Below are positions 46,447-55,605 of a stretch of 64,000 bases of DNA, one piece after another. The notes beneath the pieces were generated by a model, which searched no databases, had not been told where the DNA came from, and saw only the letters and a program-made list of their open reading frames with translations. Source of the DNA: Gammaproteobacteria bacterium. Its GTDB lineage: Bacteria > Pseudomonadota > Gammaproteobacteria > Steroidobacterales > Steroidobacteraceae. Where the stretch lies: assembly GCA_003164785.1 (NCBI GenBank), contig PLUE01000065.1, positions 30,003 through 94,002 of the forward strand. Direction: 5' to 3'. Every line of letters starts with the position of its first letter. Position 1 is the first letter of the stretch. A program made the position numbers and the translations under genes.

Positions 46447-47907
46447 TCATTCGTCAGGTGAATGCGGCTGGCGTTCCGGGCTTGGGCGCATCGGAGCCGT
46501 GCCGCCGGCGGTCGGATTGGGCCTGGGCATCGGCTTTCCGGTCACCGGGTTCGGGTAGTGATACGGTTCCACGTAGAAGCTCGGGTACGTCAGCAACACC
46601 ACGGTCGGGGGCAGATCCGGCGGCGGCAGAAAACTGTCGGGCCGGGTCTCAGGGATCGCAGAGGTCTCCCAGCCCTCCTTGTACAACGCATACATGTTGA
46701 AGGGCGCATGCAGCTTCGCCATTTTCCAGATGCCCCCTTGCTTGACGTACTGATTCTCGTACGTCACGTCGCCCCACACGCCGGTACCCATGACGAGGGC
46801 GGTCCATCGTCCCCTGGCGGTGGCGCCGTCCGGCGCGATATCCACGATGCCCTGGAATTGCTGATGATTGATGACCTGGCCCTTCTGCGGGCCGATGGGC
46901 CCCAGGCCGGTCACCAGATAGTCGAGTACGCGCTGCTGCCCGACGAACACGCCGCGACCGCCGATTTCCAACGTGCCGTTCTGCGCGAAGAGATTGCTGA
47001 TCTCCGGCCACATCGCCTTGTCGACGTAGTAGCCGTAGGCGCGCTGCAGCTTCTCGACGGCGGCGCGATCCTCGAGACGCCCGACGGCGACGCCGAGGGC
47101 ATTCAAGTCGCTGACCGCGCGCTTCAGGTCTGCGGACGCCTGCGCCGGAGCCTGGATCTGCGGTGCGGCCTCGATCGGCGTTCCTTCGCTGACCGGATTC
47201 TTGTAGTGGTAGGCCGGAAGGTACACCTCCGGCAGCGATTGATAGACCTCGCTCGGCGCACGATCCGGCGGCGCGGCCGCGCTCGGGCCGTCGAGCGGGA
47301 GGGGGGCATCCTTCCAGCCGCCGTCGTAATCGGCGAGGAAGGTGATATAGAAATGCAGCTTGCTGATCTTCCAAACGCCGCGCTCGTTCACGTATTCGTT
47401 TTCGTATTCGCCCTCGCTCCAATAACCGTTGCCCGCATCGGCAAGTTCCACGTCGCTGCGCCAGCGTGCCTTCGCGCTTCGGTTGTCGTCCGCGACGTCG
47501 ATGATGGGCTGCAGCATCATGTAATTGTTGAGCTGGCCCCGACGCAATCCCTCGGGGCCGAACAGGGCGATCGCCTTGTGAATGTGGTCGCGCCCGATGT
47601 AGACGCCGTGCTGTCCGAATTCGTAGCTTGCGCTGGCCGAGAACAAGTTGGACGCCTGTGTCCACAGACCCTTGTCGATGTAGTAGCCGTAAGCCGCCTG
47701 CAGGTTCTCGATCGCGTCGCGCGATTCCAGGCGCGCGACCTTATTTTCCTGCGCGGCGAGACGCGCCTCGAGGTCGGTGAGATCCGTGCGCGCCGCCGTG
47801 GCCGCCGTGGCCGCGGTCTCGGTCGCGGGTGTGTTCGCGGCATGGACCAGGGCAAGTGCCGCGGCGAGGCGGAGTGCGAGTCGAGGGCGAAGTGCGAGTC
47901 GAGTCAT
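46447..47907 (-). CDS. Secreted protein with two tandem SnoaL_4/NTF2-like modules
   Basis: Signal peptide MTRLALRPRLALRLAAALALVHA. Two copies of the pattern [coiled leader - AIE(N/K)LQ(A/R)AYGYY(I/V)DK..W...SNLF ... YENEYV...G.WKI.KLH ... (Y/P)YHY.NPV(S/T)]. ATG 47907 overlaps the upstream stop. Confidence 0.75.
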   Translation of the reverse strand: MTRLALRPRLALRLAAALALVHAANTPATETAATAATAARTDLTDLEARLAAQENKVARLESRDAIENLQAAYGYYIDKGLWTQASNLFSASASYEFGQHGVYIGRDHIHKAIALFGPEGLRRGQLNNYMMLQPIIDVADDNRSAKARWRSDVELADAGNGYWSEGEYENEYVNERGVWKISKLHFYITFLADYDGGWKDAPLPLDGPSAAAPPDRAPSEVYQSLPEVYLPAYHYKNPVSEGTPIEAAPQIQAPAQASADLKRAVSDLNALGVAVGRLEDRAAVEKLQRAYGYYVDKAMWPEISNLFAQNGTLEIGGRGVFVGQQRVLDYLVTGLGPIGPQKGQVINHQQFQGIVDIAPDGATARGRWTALVMGTGVWGDVTYENQYVKQGGIWKMAKLHAPFNMYALYKEGWETSAIPETRPDSFLPPPDLPPTVVLLTYPSFYVEPYHYPNPVTGKPMPRPNPTAGGTAPMRPSPERQPHSPDE

Positions 47908-49565
47908 TTGCCGGTGACCGGATTCGTGTAGTGAAAGGGCGGGGTGTAGGGCGCGGGAAACGGCTGGTAGCGCACCGTCGGCGGGCGATCCGGAGGAAAG
48001 GCCTTGGCGGTCGCCGACGTCCAGTCGCCGTCGGCCGGCTGCAGCGCGGCCCAGCCGCCTTTGTAGGGCGCGACGAAGTTCGGAAAATAATGCAGCCTGG
48101 CGATTTTCCAGACGCCGGTCTGCTTGACGTACTCGTTCTCGTAGATGCCGTCGCCCCATGCCGCGGATTGCTTGTATCGGCCCAACAGGGCGAACTCGCG
48201 CCAACGGGCTCGAGCCGTCATCCCGTCGGCGGATACGTGCACCACGGGCTGCAACTGCATATGGTGATTGAGCTGGCCGTAAGGCAGGCCGGGACCCGGA
48301 TTGCCGCCGCCTTCGCGCATCAGGTATTCGCCGATCCTGGCCTTGCCCACGTAGACGCCGTCGACACCGGCCTCCAGCGAGGCGTCCTGGGCGAACAGGT
48401 CGGCCGCCTCCTGCCAGTATCCCTTGTCGAGATAGTAGCCGTACGCGCGCTGCAGCTTTTTGATCTGATTTGCGTCATCGAGGCGGGCGACCCGGGCGGT
48501 CAGGGCGGTAATTTTCGCGGTGAGCGCGGTGACGTGCGGATCCGCCGGCTGGTCCTTCATGTCGACCGCATAGACCTTGAAGCGGCCGGGGTCCTGCCCC
48601 TTGAGCTTCGGATCGATCAGATAGCCGATCCTTCCCTCGAGCGCGTAGGCAGTGCTGCCCACCAGGGTCACCGCCGGCGGCGACACCAACCCCTCCTTCA
48701 GGACGTTGATCTGCGCCCGGTCCCCGTCGATGGTCACTTCATCGATCCGGCCGGCGTTGCCCTCGGCCAGGAGGAATCGATTGCCGCCGATCAGTCGAAA
48801 GCCATCGGGCGCCGCGAGGGGCGCCGACGTTGTTAGTGTCGTGATGGCGCCGACGCTGCCGTCGTCATTCATCCCGATGCGCAGCAACAGCCCCTTGGTC
48901 ACGATGTTGGCGTACAGCGTTCCATCGCCGCCGAACACGATGCCGTCGATGAATTTCAGCCGCGGGTCGTCGGCGAAGGTCGTCAGCATCTTGGCGCCCC
49001 GCGACAACGAAAAGATTCGGCCGTTGGGCGTGTCCGATGCGTAGGCGGTGCCATCCTTGGCGATCGTGATGTCGTTGCACATGGAGGCGAGTGCGGGAAA
49101 CGGGTAGACGCCTTTCTGCGAGCCCGTCTTCAAGTCGAATGCCATCAACGCGGAGATGCCGGTGACCGGCGGATTGCGCAGCGGCGTGGGTGCGGAACAG
49201 ATCCAGAGCGTGTTGGACGGTGCGTCGACGAGGACGCCGAGAATCGACAGGATGCCGTTGTCCGAGGTCGGCCTGATCCAAGCGGTCGCGGTGGTGCTGC
49301 CCGGTGCCGCACGAAAGACGATGCCCTTCATGCTGCCGATGTACAGCGTGCCGTCGGCGGCCGCGCTCATGCTTTCCGGATAAACGTCGGTATCGTCGAT
49401 GATGATGTCCGGTCGCGGTGCGGCGCCGGCGGCGTTCATCACGCAGGCGGCAACCAGTCCCGGCAAGAGCGAGCGCCGCCCCCAGCCTGGATCCCTTCGG
49501 CGTGGGTCCCGCGCGATCCGCGGCCGGTGCGACTCGTTCCGGTGGTTGACGGCGGATGCGTCCAT
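47904..49565 (-). CDS. Secreted beta-propeller (SMP-30/SGL-like) fused to a third SnoaL_4/NTF2-like module
   Basis: Arg-rich N-terminus with a hydrophobic segment. Repeats of the DGTLY.. / DGTAYASD / GDGTLYAN propeller type. The C-terminal module IKKLQRAYGYYLDKGYW...YENEYVKQTGVWKIARLH...PFHYTNPVTGK. Confidence 0.7.
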   Translation of the reverse strand: MDASAVNHRNESHRPRIARDPRRRDPGWGRRSLLPGLVAACVMNAAGAAPRPDIIIDDTDVYPESMSAAADGTLYIGSMKGIVFRAAPGSTTATAWIRPTSDNGILSILGVLVDAPSNTLWICSAPTPLRNPPVTGISALMAFDLKTGSQKGVYPFPALASMCNDITIAKDGTAYASDTPNGRIFSLSRGAKMLTTFADDPRLKFIDGIVFGGDGTLYANIVTKGLLLRIGMNDDGSVGAITTLTTSAPLAAPDGFRLIGGNRFLLAEGNAGRIDEVTIDGDRAQINVLKEGLVSPPAVTLVGSTAYALEGRIGYLIDPKLKGQDPGRFKVYAVDMKDQPADPHVTALTAKITALTARVARLDDANQIKKLQRAYGYYLDKGYWQEAADLFAQDASLEAGVDGVYVGKARIGEYLMREGGGNPGPGLPYGQLNHHMQLQPVVHVSADGMTARARWREFALLGRYKQSAAWGDGIYENEYVKQTGVWKIARLHYFPNFVAPYKGGWAALQPADGDWTSATAKAFPPDRPPTVRYQPFPAPYTPPFHYTNPVTGK

Positions 49566-49742
49566 GCAAGGTCCTCGATAGCTTGGTGCAATAGTGGCGG
49601 CGCCGTCGCGGCGGTGCTTGCTCGTGTTGGCGGAACCGCTTGCCTGCGATGGCGAGGATCGTGCTTTCGACGTGACTTCGCAGAAGCCCCTGCGTAACTT
49701 AGGCCCGGTCGCGCGATCCGCGCCATGTCGTGAATATTGACC

Positions 49743-51635
49743 ATGTATGCAGACACCGTGTCCCGATGCCGGCGGCTGGCGCTCGCCGGGTTCGCCTTGT
49801 TGTCGGCCGCGGATCCCTTCCGGGCGGCGCACGCCCAGGCGCCGGGTGAACCCAGCGCGGTCATCGCGCGGGATTGCGATCGGGAGTGTCTGATCGGGAT
49901 CGCACGGCGATACATGGATGCGCTGGCGCACAAGGATCCTTCGCGAGCGCCGCTGTCCCGGCAGGTGCGCTTCACCGAGAACGACGTGGAAATGCCGATC
50001 GGCGATGGCCTGTGGGGTTCGATCAGCGGCGTTGCCGCCACCGGACTCGAGGTGGCCGATGCCACCACGGGAAATGCGGCATGGTTCGGGACCGTCGAGG
50101 AGCATGGCCAACCGGCGTACTATGCGATGCGAATCCGGGTCCGGGATGGACAGATCATCGACGTGGAAACCGTGGTCGACCGAAATACGGGATTGCCTGC
50201 ACCGTTCGGCGATCCCGCGCAGCTGGTGCACGATCCGGCCTTCGGCGAGGTGCTTCCGGAGCCGCGGCAACGCGCCCGCGAGCGGCTGATCGCCGTGGCA
50301 AACGGCTACTTCAGCACCGTCGAGTTGAATGACGGCCAGCTCTTCACGGAGTTCGATCCGGACTGTCAACGCACCGAGAACGGCGTCAGCACCACCCGCG
50401 GTTCCGCCGGGGCCGCGGCGCTCGCGCAGGGATGCGAGGCACAATTCAAGCTCGGCTTTTACCGCATCAACAAGCGCGTGCGGGAGCGTCGTTATCCGCT
50501 GGTGGACACCGAACGCGGCGTGGTCGTGGCCACGGGCTTCTTCGATCATGCCAACACGTTCGATACCTACACGACCACGGACGGCAAGGAACACAAGACC
50601 TTCCTCAAGTGGCCGAACTCATTGTCGCTCATGGAGGCCTTCAAGATCCGCGACGGCAAGATCTACCGCGTCGAGGCGGTGTTCACGTACGTGCCGTACT
50701 TCCTGCATTCACCGTGGAACGACATGCCGGTCGACCCGCGCCTGCTGCCTGCCGTGTCGCCGGCGCAGCGCGCGGGGCAGGCCGCGCCCTGCGATCGCGA
50801 CTGTCTGATCGGCTTTGCCGATCGATACATGACTGCACTGCTGGCGAAGGATGAGGGGCGGGCCCCGTGGGGGAAGGTCGTCAAGTTCACGGAGAACGGT
50901 GTCCCGATGATGATCGGCGACGGTCTGTGGGGCACCATCAGCGCGAAGTCCCCGATGCCCGAGTATGCGGCGGATCCGACGACGGGGAATGTCTCGTGGT
51001 TCGGCATCGTGGAGGAGCATGGCGCGCCGGCCTACTACGGTATGCGCTTGAAGGTGGTCGATGGACGCATCACCGAGAGCGAAACCCTGGTCGACCGGAA
51101 GGGTAATCCCGGCGTGTTCGGCGATCCCGCGGCGTACGCGCCGGATGCAGCCGAGCCGCCGCTGCCGGCTGCGCAGCGCGTGTCGCGGGCGGCCATGGTC
51201 AAGCTGGTGGATGGCTATTTTGCGTCCTTGCAGGCGAACGACGGTCATGTGCTGACCCGGCTCGATCCCGAGTGCGTGACCCTGGAAAATGGCGTGTCGA
51301 CGACGCAGGGTACGGCGGGCGCGGCGGCCATCGCTGCCGGGTGCGAAGCGCAGCTGAAACTGGGTATCTTCAAGCCCGACGACCGGGTGCGCGACCGTCG
51401 CTATGCCCTCGTGGATCCGGAACGCGGCATCGTCGTGGCGACGGCGTTCATCGATCGCGCGGCACGCAACGACTCCTATGCCACGACCGACGGTGCGATG
51501 CGGCCCACGTCCACGAAGTATCCGTATTCGATCGGGCTCATCGCACGGTTCAAGATCCGCGACGGCAGGATCTACCGGATCGAGTCCGTCACCGCGTTCC
51601 TGCCCTATTTTCTGCGCTCCTCGTGGGGACCGTGA
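49743..51635 (+). CDS. Secreted protein of unknown function with an internal ~300-aa tandem duplication
   Basis: Signal peptide ...FALLSAADPFRAAHAQA. Both halves share CDR(E/D)CLIG.A.RYM.AL.AKD..RAP....V.FTEN.V.M.IGDGLWG.IS ... W(F)G.VEEHG.PAYY.MR..V.DG.I ... C....ENGVSTT.G.AGAAA.A.GCEAQ.KLG ... F.IRDG.IYR.E.V....PYFL.S.W. Confidence 0.7.
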   Translation: MYADTVSRCRRLALAGFALLSAADPFRAAHAQAPGEPSAVIARDCDRECLIGIARRYMDALAHKDPSRAPLSRQVRFTENDVEMPIGDGLWGSISGVAATGLEVADATTGNAAWFGTVEEHGQPAYYAMRIRVRDGQIIDVETVVDRNTGLPAPFGDPAQLVHDPAFGEVLPEPRQRARERLIAVANGYFSTVELNDGQLFTEFDPDCQRTENGVSTTRGSAGAAALAQGCEAQFKLGFYRINKRVRERRYPLVDTERGVVVATGFFDHANTFDTYTTTDGKEHKTFLKWPNSLSLMEAFKIRDGKIYRVEAVFTYVPYFLHSPWNDMPVDPRLLPAVSPAQRAGQAAPCDRDCLIGFADRYMTALLAKDEGRAPWGKVVKFTENGVPMMIGDGLWGTISAKSPMPEYAADPTTGNVSWFGIVEEHGAPAYYGMRLKVVDGRITESETLVDRKGNPGVFGDPAAYAPDAAEPPLPAAQRVSRAAMVKLVDGYFASLQANDGHVLTRLDPECVTLENGVSTTQGTAGAAAIAAGCEAQLKLGIFKPDDRVRDRRYALVDPERGIVVATAFIDRAARNDSYATTDGAMRPTSTKYPYSIGLIARFKIRDGRIYRIESVTAFLPYFLRSSWGP

Positions 51636-53716
51636 CGCCGTGGGCGCGCCGCGGCCGCGCGGCGAGCGGTGCCGCGTGGCTGCTGGTCGCGCTGGCCGGC
51701 GCGGGCGCGGGCGGGGCACGGGCGGCGCCGGCTTCCGCAGCGGCTCCCGGCGATTGGACCATGGATGGACGGACCAGCGATGGCCAGCGCTACAGTCCGC
51801 TCGACCGCATCAACGAGCACAACGTCGGCCGGCTGGGGCTGGCGTGGTCGGCGGAGTTGAACACCTTTCGCGGTGTCGAGGCGACCCCGCTGGTGATCGA
51901 CGGCGTCCTGTACGACATCAGCGCGTGGGACATCACGACGGCCTTCGATGCGCGGTCCGGCAAGGTGCTGTGGACGTATGACCCGAAGGTGCCGACCGAG
52001 TGGGGCCGTTACGCCTGCTGCGAGCCGGTGAGTCGTGGGCTTGCCTGGTACCAGGGCAAGGCCATCATCGCGACGCTGGACGGACGGCTGATCGCGCTCG
52101 ACGGCAAGACCGGCGCGCCGGTCTGGACGGTGCAAACTTTCGACAAGAGCGCGCCGTACTCGATCACGGGAGCACCGCGGGTGTTCGACGGCAAGGTGAT
52201 CGTGGGCAACGGCGGGGCGGACTTCGGGGCGCGCGGCTTCGTCGCGGCGTATGACGCCGCGAGCGGCAACTTTCTGTGGCGCTTCTTTCTCGTTCCGGGC
52301 GACCCCGCGAAGGGGTTCGAGAATGCGGCCATGAAACGCGCCGCCGATACCTGGAATGGGGACTGGTGGTCGCTCGGCGGTGGCGGCGGCGCGTGGGATT
52401 CCTTCGTCTATGACCCGAAGCTGAAGCTGATCTATGTCGGCACCGGCAACGGCACGCCGCTCGCCCAGCACTATCGCAGCCCGCAGGGGGGCGATAACCT
52501 GTTCCTCTGCTCCATCGTTGCCCTCGATGCACAGACCGGCGAGTACCGTTGGCATTACCAGGAGGTGCCGGGCGAGGAGTGGGACTACGACTGCACCGAG
52601 TCGATCGTTCTCTCGGATCTGACCGTCAACGGCAGGAAACGGCAGGTATTGATGCAGGCGCCGAAGGATGGCTTCTTCTATGTGCTCGATCGCCGCACCG
52701 GCGAACTGCTGTCGGCCAACAACTACGTGCCGGTGACGTGGGCCAGCGGCATCGACATCAAGTCGGGCAGACCGCAGATCAATCCCGCGGCGCGTTACGG
52801 CCTGGATCCGGTGTTGCTGACGCCCGGTCCCGGCGGCGGGCACAACTGGTTCCCCATGGCCTTCAATCCGAAAACCGGCCTGGCCTACTTTCCGGCCTAC
52901 GAGCAATGGTTCGTGTACGCGCGCGCACCCGAGTTCGCACCCAAGAAATTCCGCTCGAACAGCGGCTGGGGCGGTTTCAGCGGCGCTGCCTTGGAAAAGC
53001 GCAAGGCGCTGCAAAAGGAAGGCGACGCCCACGAGAAGGCCTTTCTCCTGGCGTGGGATCCGGTGCGGCAGGCCGCGGCCTGGAAGATTCCCCTGCCGCG
53101 GCACGGCAACGGGGGCGTGCTCACGACCGCCGGCAACCTGGTCGTCGAGGGCACGACCAAGCAGACGCTGTCGATCTATCGCGCCACGGACGGCAAGCTG
53201 CTGTGGGAAATGCCGGTGCAGAGCGCGCCGGTGGCCGGGGCGGGCACGTTCTTGGTCGATGGCGAGCAATATATCGCCGTCAACGCCGGGTGGGGCGGCG
53301 GTGCTGCCCAGGTCGAGCGTGGCAGCGGCATCGCGCAGAATCGTGCATCGGCGCGACTACTGGTGTTCAAGCTGGGCGGCGCGGCAACGCTGCCGCCGCT
53401 GGTGGATGCTCCTCCCATCGCCGAACCGCCGCCGTTGGTCGCCGACGAAGAGACGGTGCTCAAGGGTGCCCGCCTGTTCGGCGAGACCTGTGCCGTGTGC
53501 CACGGCCAGATGGCGCAAGGCGGCGTCAAGGACCTGCGGCACATGGATGCCGCGACCCATGCCAGCTTCAATGACATCGTCCTCAAAGGAATCCGGGCGG
53601 ACCGGGGCATGGCGAGCTTTGCCGGGCTGCTGACGCCGGCCGATGTCGAGGCCATCCATGCCTACGTGATCTCCAGGGCCAATGAGGATTGGGGGCATCG
53701 AAACGAGCACGAATGA
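51632..53716 (+). CDS. Quinohemoprotein PQQ-dependent alcohol/aldehyde dehydrogenase (type II ADH-like)
   Basis: The GTG overlaps the upstream TGA. Signal peptide present. PQQ propeller motifs (QRYSPL, EATPLVIDGVLY, vicinal Cys YACCEP, GGADFGARGFV). C-terminal cytochrome c site CAVCHG. Confidence 0.9.
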   Translation: MTPWARRGRAASGAAWLLVALAGAGAGGARAAPASAAAPGDWTMDGRTSDGQRYSPLDRINEHNVGRLGLAWSAELNTFRGVEATPLVIDGVLYDISAWDITTAFDARSGKVLWTYDPKVPTEWGRYACCEPVSRGLAWYQGKAIIATLDGRLIALDGKTGAPVWTVQTFDKSAPYSITGAPRVFDGKVIVGNGGADFGARGFVAAYDAASGNFLWRFFLVPGDPAKGFENAAMKRAADTWNGDWWSLGGGGGAWDSFVYDPKLKLIYVGTGNGTPLAQHYRSPQGGDNLFLCSIVALDAQTGEYRWHYQEVPGEEWDYDCTESIVLSDLTVNGRKRQVLMQAPKDGFFYVLDRRTGELLSANNYVPVTWASGIDIKSGRPQINPAARYGLDPVLLTPGPGGGHNWFPMAFNPKTGLAYFPAYEQWFVYARAPEFAPKKFRSNSGWGGFSGAALEKRKALQKEGDAHEKAFLLAWDPVRQAAAWKIPLPRHGNGGVLTTAGNLVVEGTTKQTLSIYRATDGKLLWEMPVQSAPVAGAGTFLVDGEQYIAVNAGWGGGAAQVERGSGIAQNRASARLLVFKLGGAATLPPLVDAPPIAEPPPLVADEETVLKGARLFGETCAVCHGQMAQGGVKDLRHMDAATHASFNDIVLKGIRADRGMASFAGLLTPADVEAIHAYVISRANEDWGHRNEHE

Positions 53717-53739
53717 CCCGGCGCGTGCGGGCGCCATGC

Positions 53740-54711
53740 CTAATGTGCGGTGCCGGTTCCCCGGGAACGCCAGTCACGCGGCGTGAGGTGGTAGCGGCGC
53801 TTGAACGCCCGGGTGAAATGCGCGGCATCGGCGAAGCCTGTCGCGAAGGCAATTTCCGAGACGGACTTTGCCGAGAATTTGGGGTCCCGCAGATCGCTCG
53901 CCGCCTGTGTGAGCCGGCGAAGCCAAACCTGAGCGGTCAACGACGTGCCCACGGTCTGCACCATGATCTCATCGAGGCGCCGACGGCTGATTCCCTGGGC
54001 GCTGGAGATGCGGCTGGCAGTGAGTTCGTGCTCGCCGAGCTTCGCATCGATGAAGGCCAGCGCGGCACGAGCACGCCAGCCGATTTCGGCGAGCTCGCCG
54101 GAACCGCGCGCCCTCGGCAGGCCGAGCAACTGGATCACCGCCGCCAGCGCGGTGGCGCGCTGCTCACTCTCGAGCAGCGGTGCGGAATCCAGGATGCTCA
54201 ACAGGATTTGACGCAGCAGCGTGGCGCCGGATTCATCCGGGTCGAAGGCTTCGGCGGTGTGCCTTTCCAGGTAGGGATGACGGCCGAGGACCGCGTCGCG
54301 CGGCAGCTGTAGCAGCATGAACCGTGAACAGACGCTGGTGACCTCGAGGCGGAAGGGGAGGCGGCCGTCGATCACGCAGCAATCGCCCGGCTTCAACAGG
54401 GATACACGGCGGCTTTGGCTCGCCACGGTGGATTCGCTCAACTGCATCATCACCGAGATCTGCTGCGTCTGCTCGTCGGCGTTCGTGTCGGGGTCATAAC
54501 AGGCGAGCAGCGGCGGCGACAGGACGGTCCACAAGCGGCCGGCGCCGAATTGCATGCCGTTCATGGCGCCCACCGTCGGATTGATGCGCAGGTCGCGCAC
54601 CGACAAGCCGGGAAAATAAGTCTTGGCGGTTTTCGACCACAGCGCCGCCCGCTGAGGCTCATCGATGGCCTTCAGGTCGAGCAAGGAAGGCATGGTGGTT
54701 GCCGTGTTCAT
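53740..54711 (-). CDS. AraC family transcriptional regulator
   Basis: GGGGGAA RBS before ATG 54711. C-terminal double HTH: ...LTASRISSAQGISRRRLDEIM...VSEIAFATGFADAAHFTRAFKRRYHLTPRDWR. Confidence 0.85.
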   Translation of the reverse strand: MNTATTMPSLLDLKAIDEPQRAALWSKTAKTYFPGLSVRDLRINPTVGAMNGMQFGAGRLWTVLSPPLLACYDPDTNADEQTQQISVMMQLSESTVASQSRRVSLLKPGDCCVIDGRLPFRLEVTSVCSRFMLLQLPRDAVLGRHPYLERHTAEAFDPDESGATLLRQILLSILDSAPLLESEQRATALAAVIQLLGLPRARGSGELAEIGWRARAALAFIDAKLGEHELTASRISSAQGISRRRLDEIMVQTVGTSLTAQVWLRRLTQAASDLRDPKFSAKSVSEIAFATGFADAAHFTRAFKRRYHLTPRDWRSRGTGTAH

Positions 54712-54867
54712 GTCGCGATTCCCCCGAACCGCCGGGTCACCCGCGTCGTTATGCGCGGGCCTGCATAGCGTATCGTGACGAGCGGGGAAGTGCAAAGATC
54801 GGGGCGCTCGCGGGGATGCTGTGATCGCCATCCCTGCGCACAGCGGATATAGTCAAATGCGTGGGTC

Positions 54868-55605
54868 ATGAAAAATAGCCGGGCGCCGCGCTGCGCCGTC
54901 GCTGCGGCGGCCGTCATGCTGTTCTTCGGCATGCCGGTGCACGGCGCAGATTTCTTTTATATGGACCACGACTTGTTGACGACCCGGTACCGCGGCGGGG
55001 ACGGACCATTGGTGATTTCCGGCGACATCGAGGCGGGCGACTACGCGCACCTGCTCGAGAAGATCGGCGCCGACCGGAATCGGTTCATGACGCACAACGA
55101 GATCATCCTTGCCTCGACCGATGGCGATGTCGGCGAAGCGCTGAAGATCGCCCGTCTGCTGCGATCCCTGTTCACGTTGGTGAGCGTCGGCCCGCAGACG
55201 GGGCGGTGCGTGGACGCGTGCTTCTTGATTTACGGCGCGGCGGCGGAGCGCGTGACCGGCGGCGATCATCTCCTCGGCATGCGTTCATCGCCGCCGGCCC
55301 GCGCAGCGCTGCTGTCGGACGAGGCGCCGAGCGAGTTGCAGGCGACGATGTCCCGCCTGACGGCGGCCGATGTGTACTGGCTGTCCACACGCGACGAGCA
55401 AGCACTCGGCACCCGGGCTCCCTTCTTCCGCCGCCATCTGGTCACCCGATGTGGGTGGGACGAGGCCCTGGAGCGCGACGTCAATTCCGGCAGGAGGCCG
55501 TTCAGCGATGCGACGAAGCAGGTGGCCTGTCGAACGCGCATGACGCGGGCCGCCGCGTACCAGGCGCTGGATCTCGCGTCGAAGGCACGGCCGACGTCCC
55601 GCTAG
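54868..55605 (+). CDS. Hypothetical secreted protein (possibly COG3904-like periplasmic protein)
   Basis: Signal peptide ...AAAVMLFFGMPVHGA. The pattern ISGDIEAGDYAHLLEKI....IILASTDGDVGEALKIARLLR....CVDACFLIYGAAAER resembles ClpP-fold periplasmic COG3904 proteins. Weak call. Confidence 0.5.
   Translation: MKNSRAPRCAVAAAAVMLFFGMPVHGADFFYMDHDLLTTRYRGGDGPLVISGDIEAGDYAHLLEKIGADRNRFMTHNEIILASTDGDVGEALKIARLLRSLFTLVSVGPQTGRCVDACFLIYGAAAERVTGGDHLLGMRSSPPARAALLSDEAPSELQATMSRLTAADVYWLSTRDEQALGTRAPFFRRHLVTRCGWDEALERDVNSGRRPFSDATKQVACRTRMTRAAAYQALDLASKARPTSR

Noticed and set aside
49566-50594. Upstream extension of the 896-aa minus-strand ORF 47904-50594
   Set aside because: The extension is antisense to the well-supported duplicated-protein gene and has no motifs. 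The signal-type N-terminus begins at ATG 49565.
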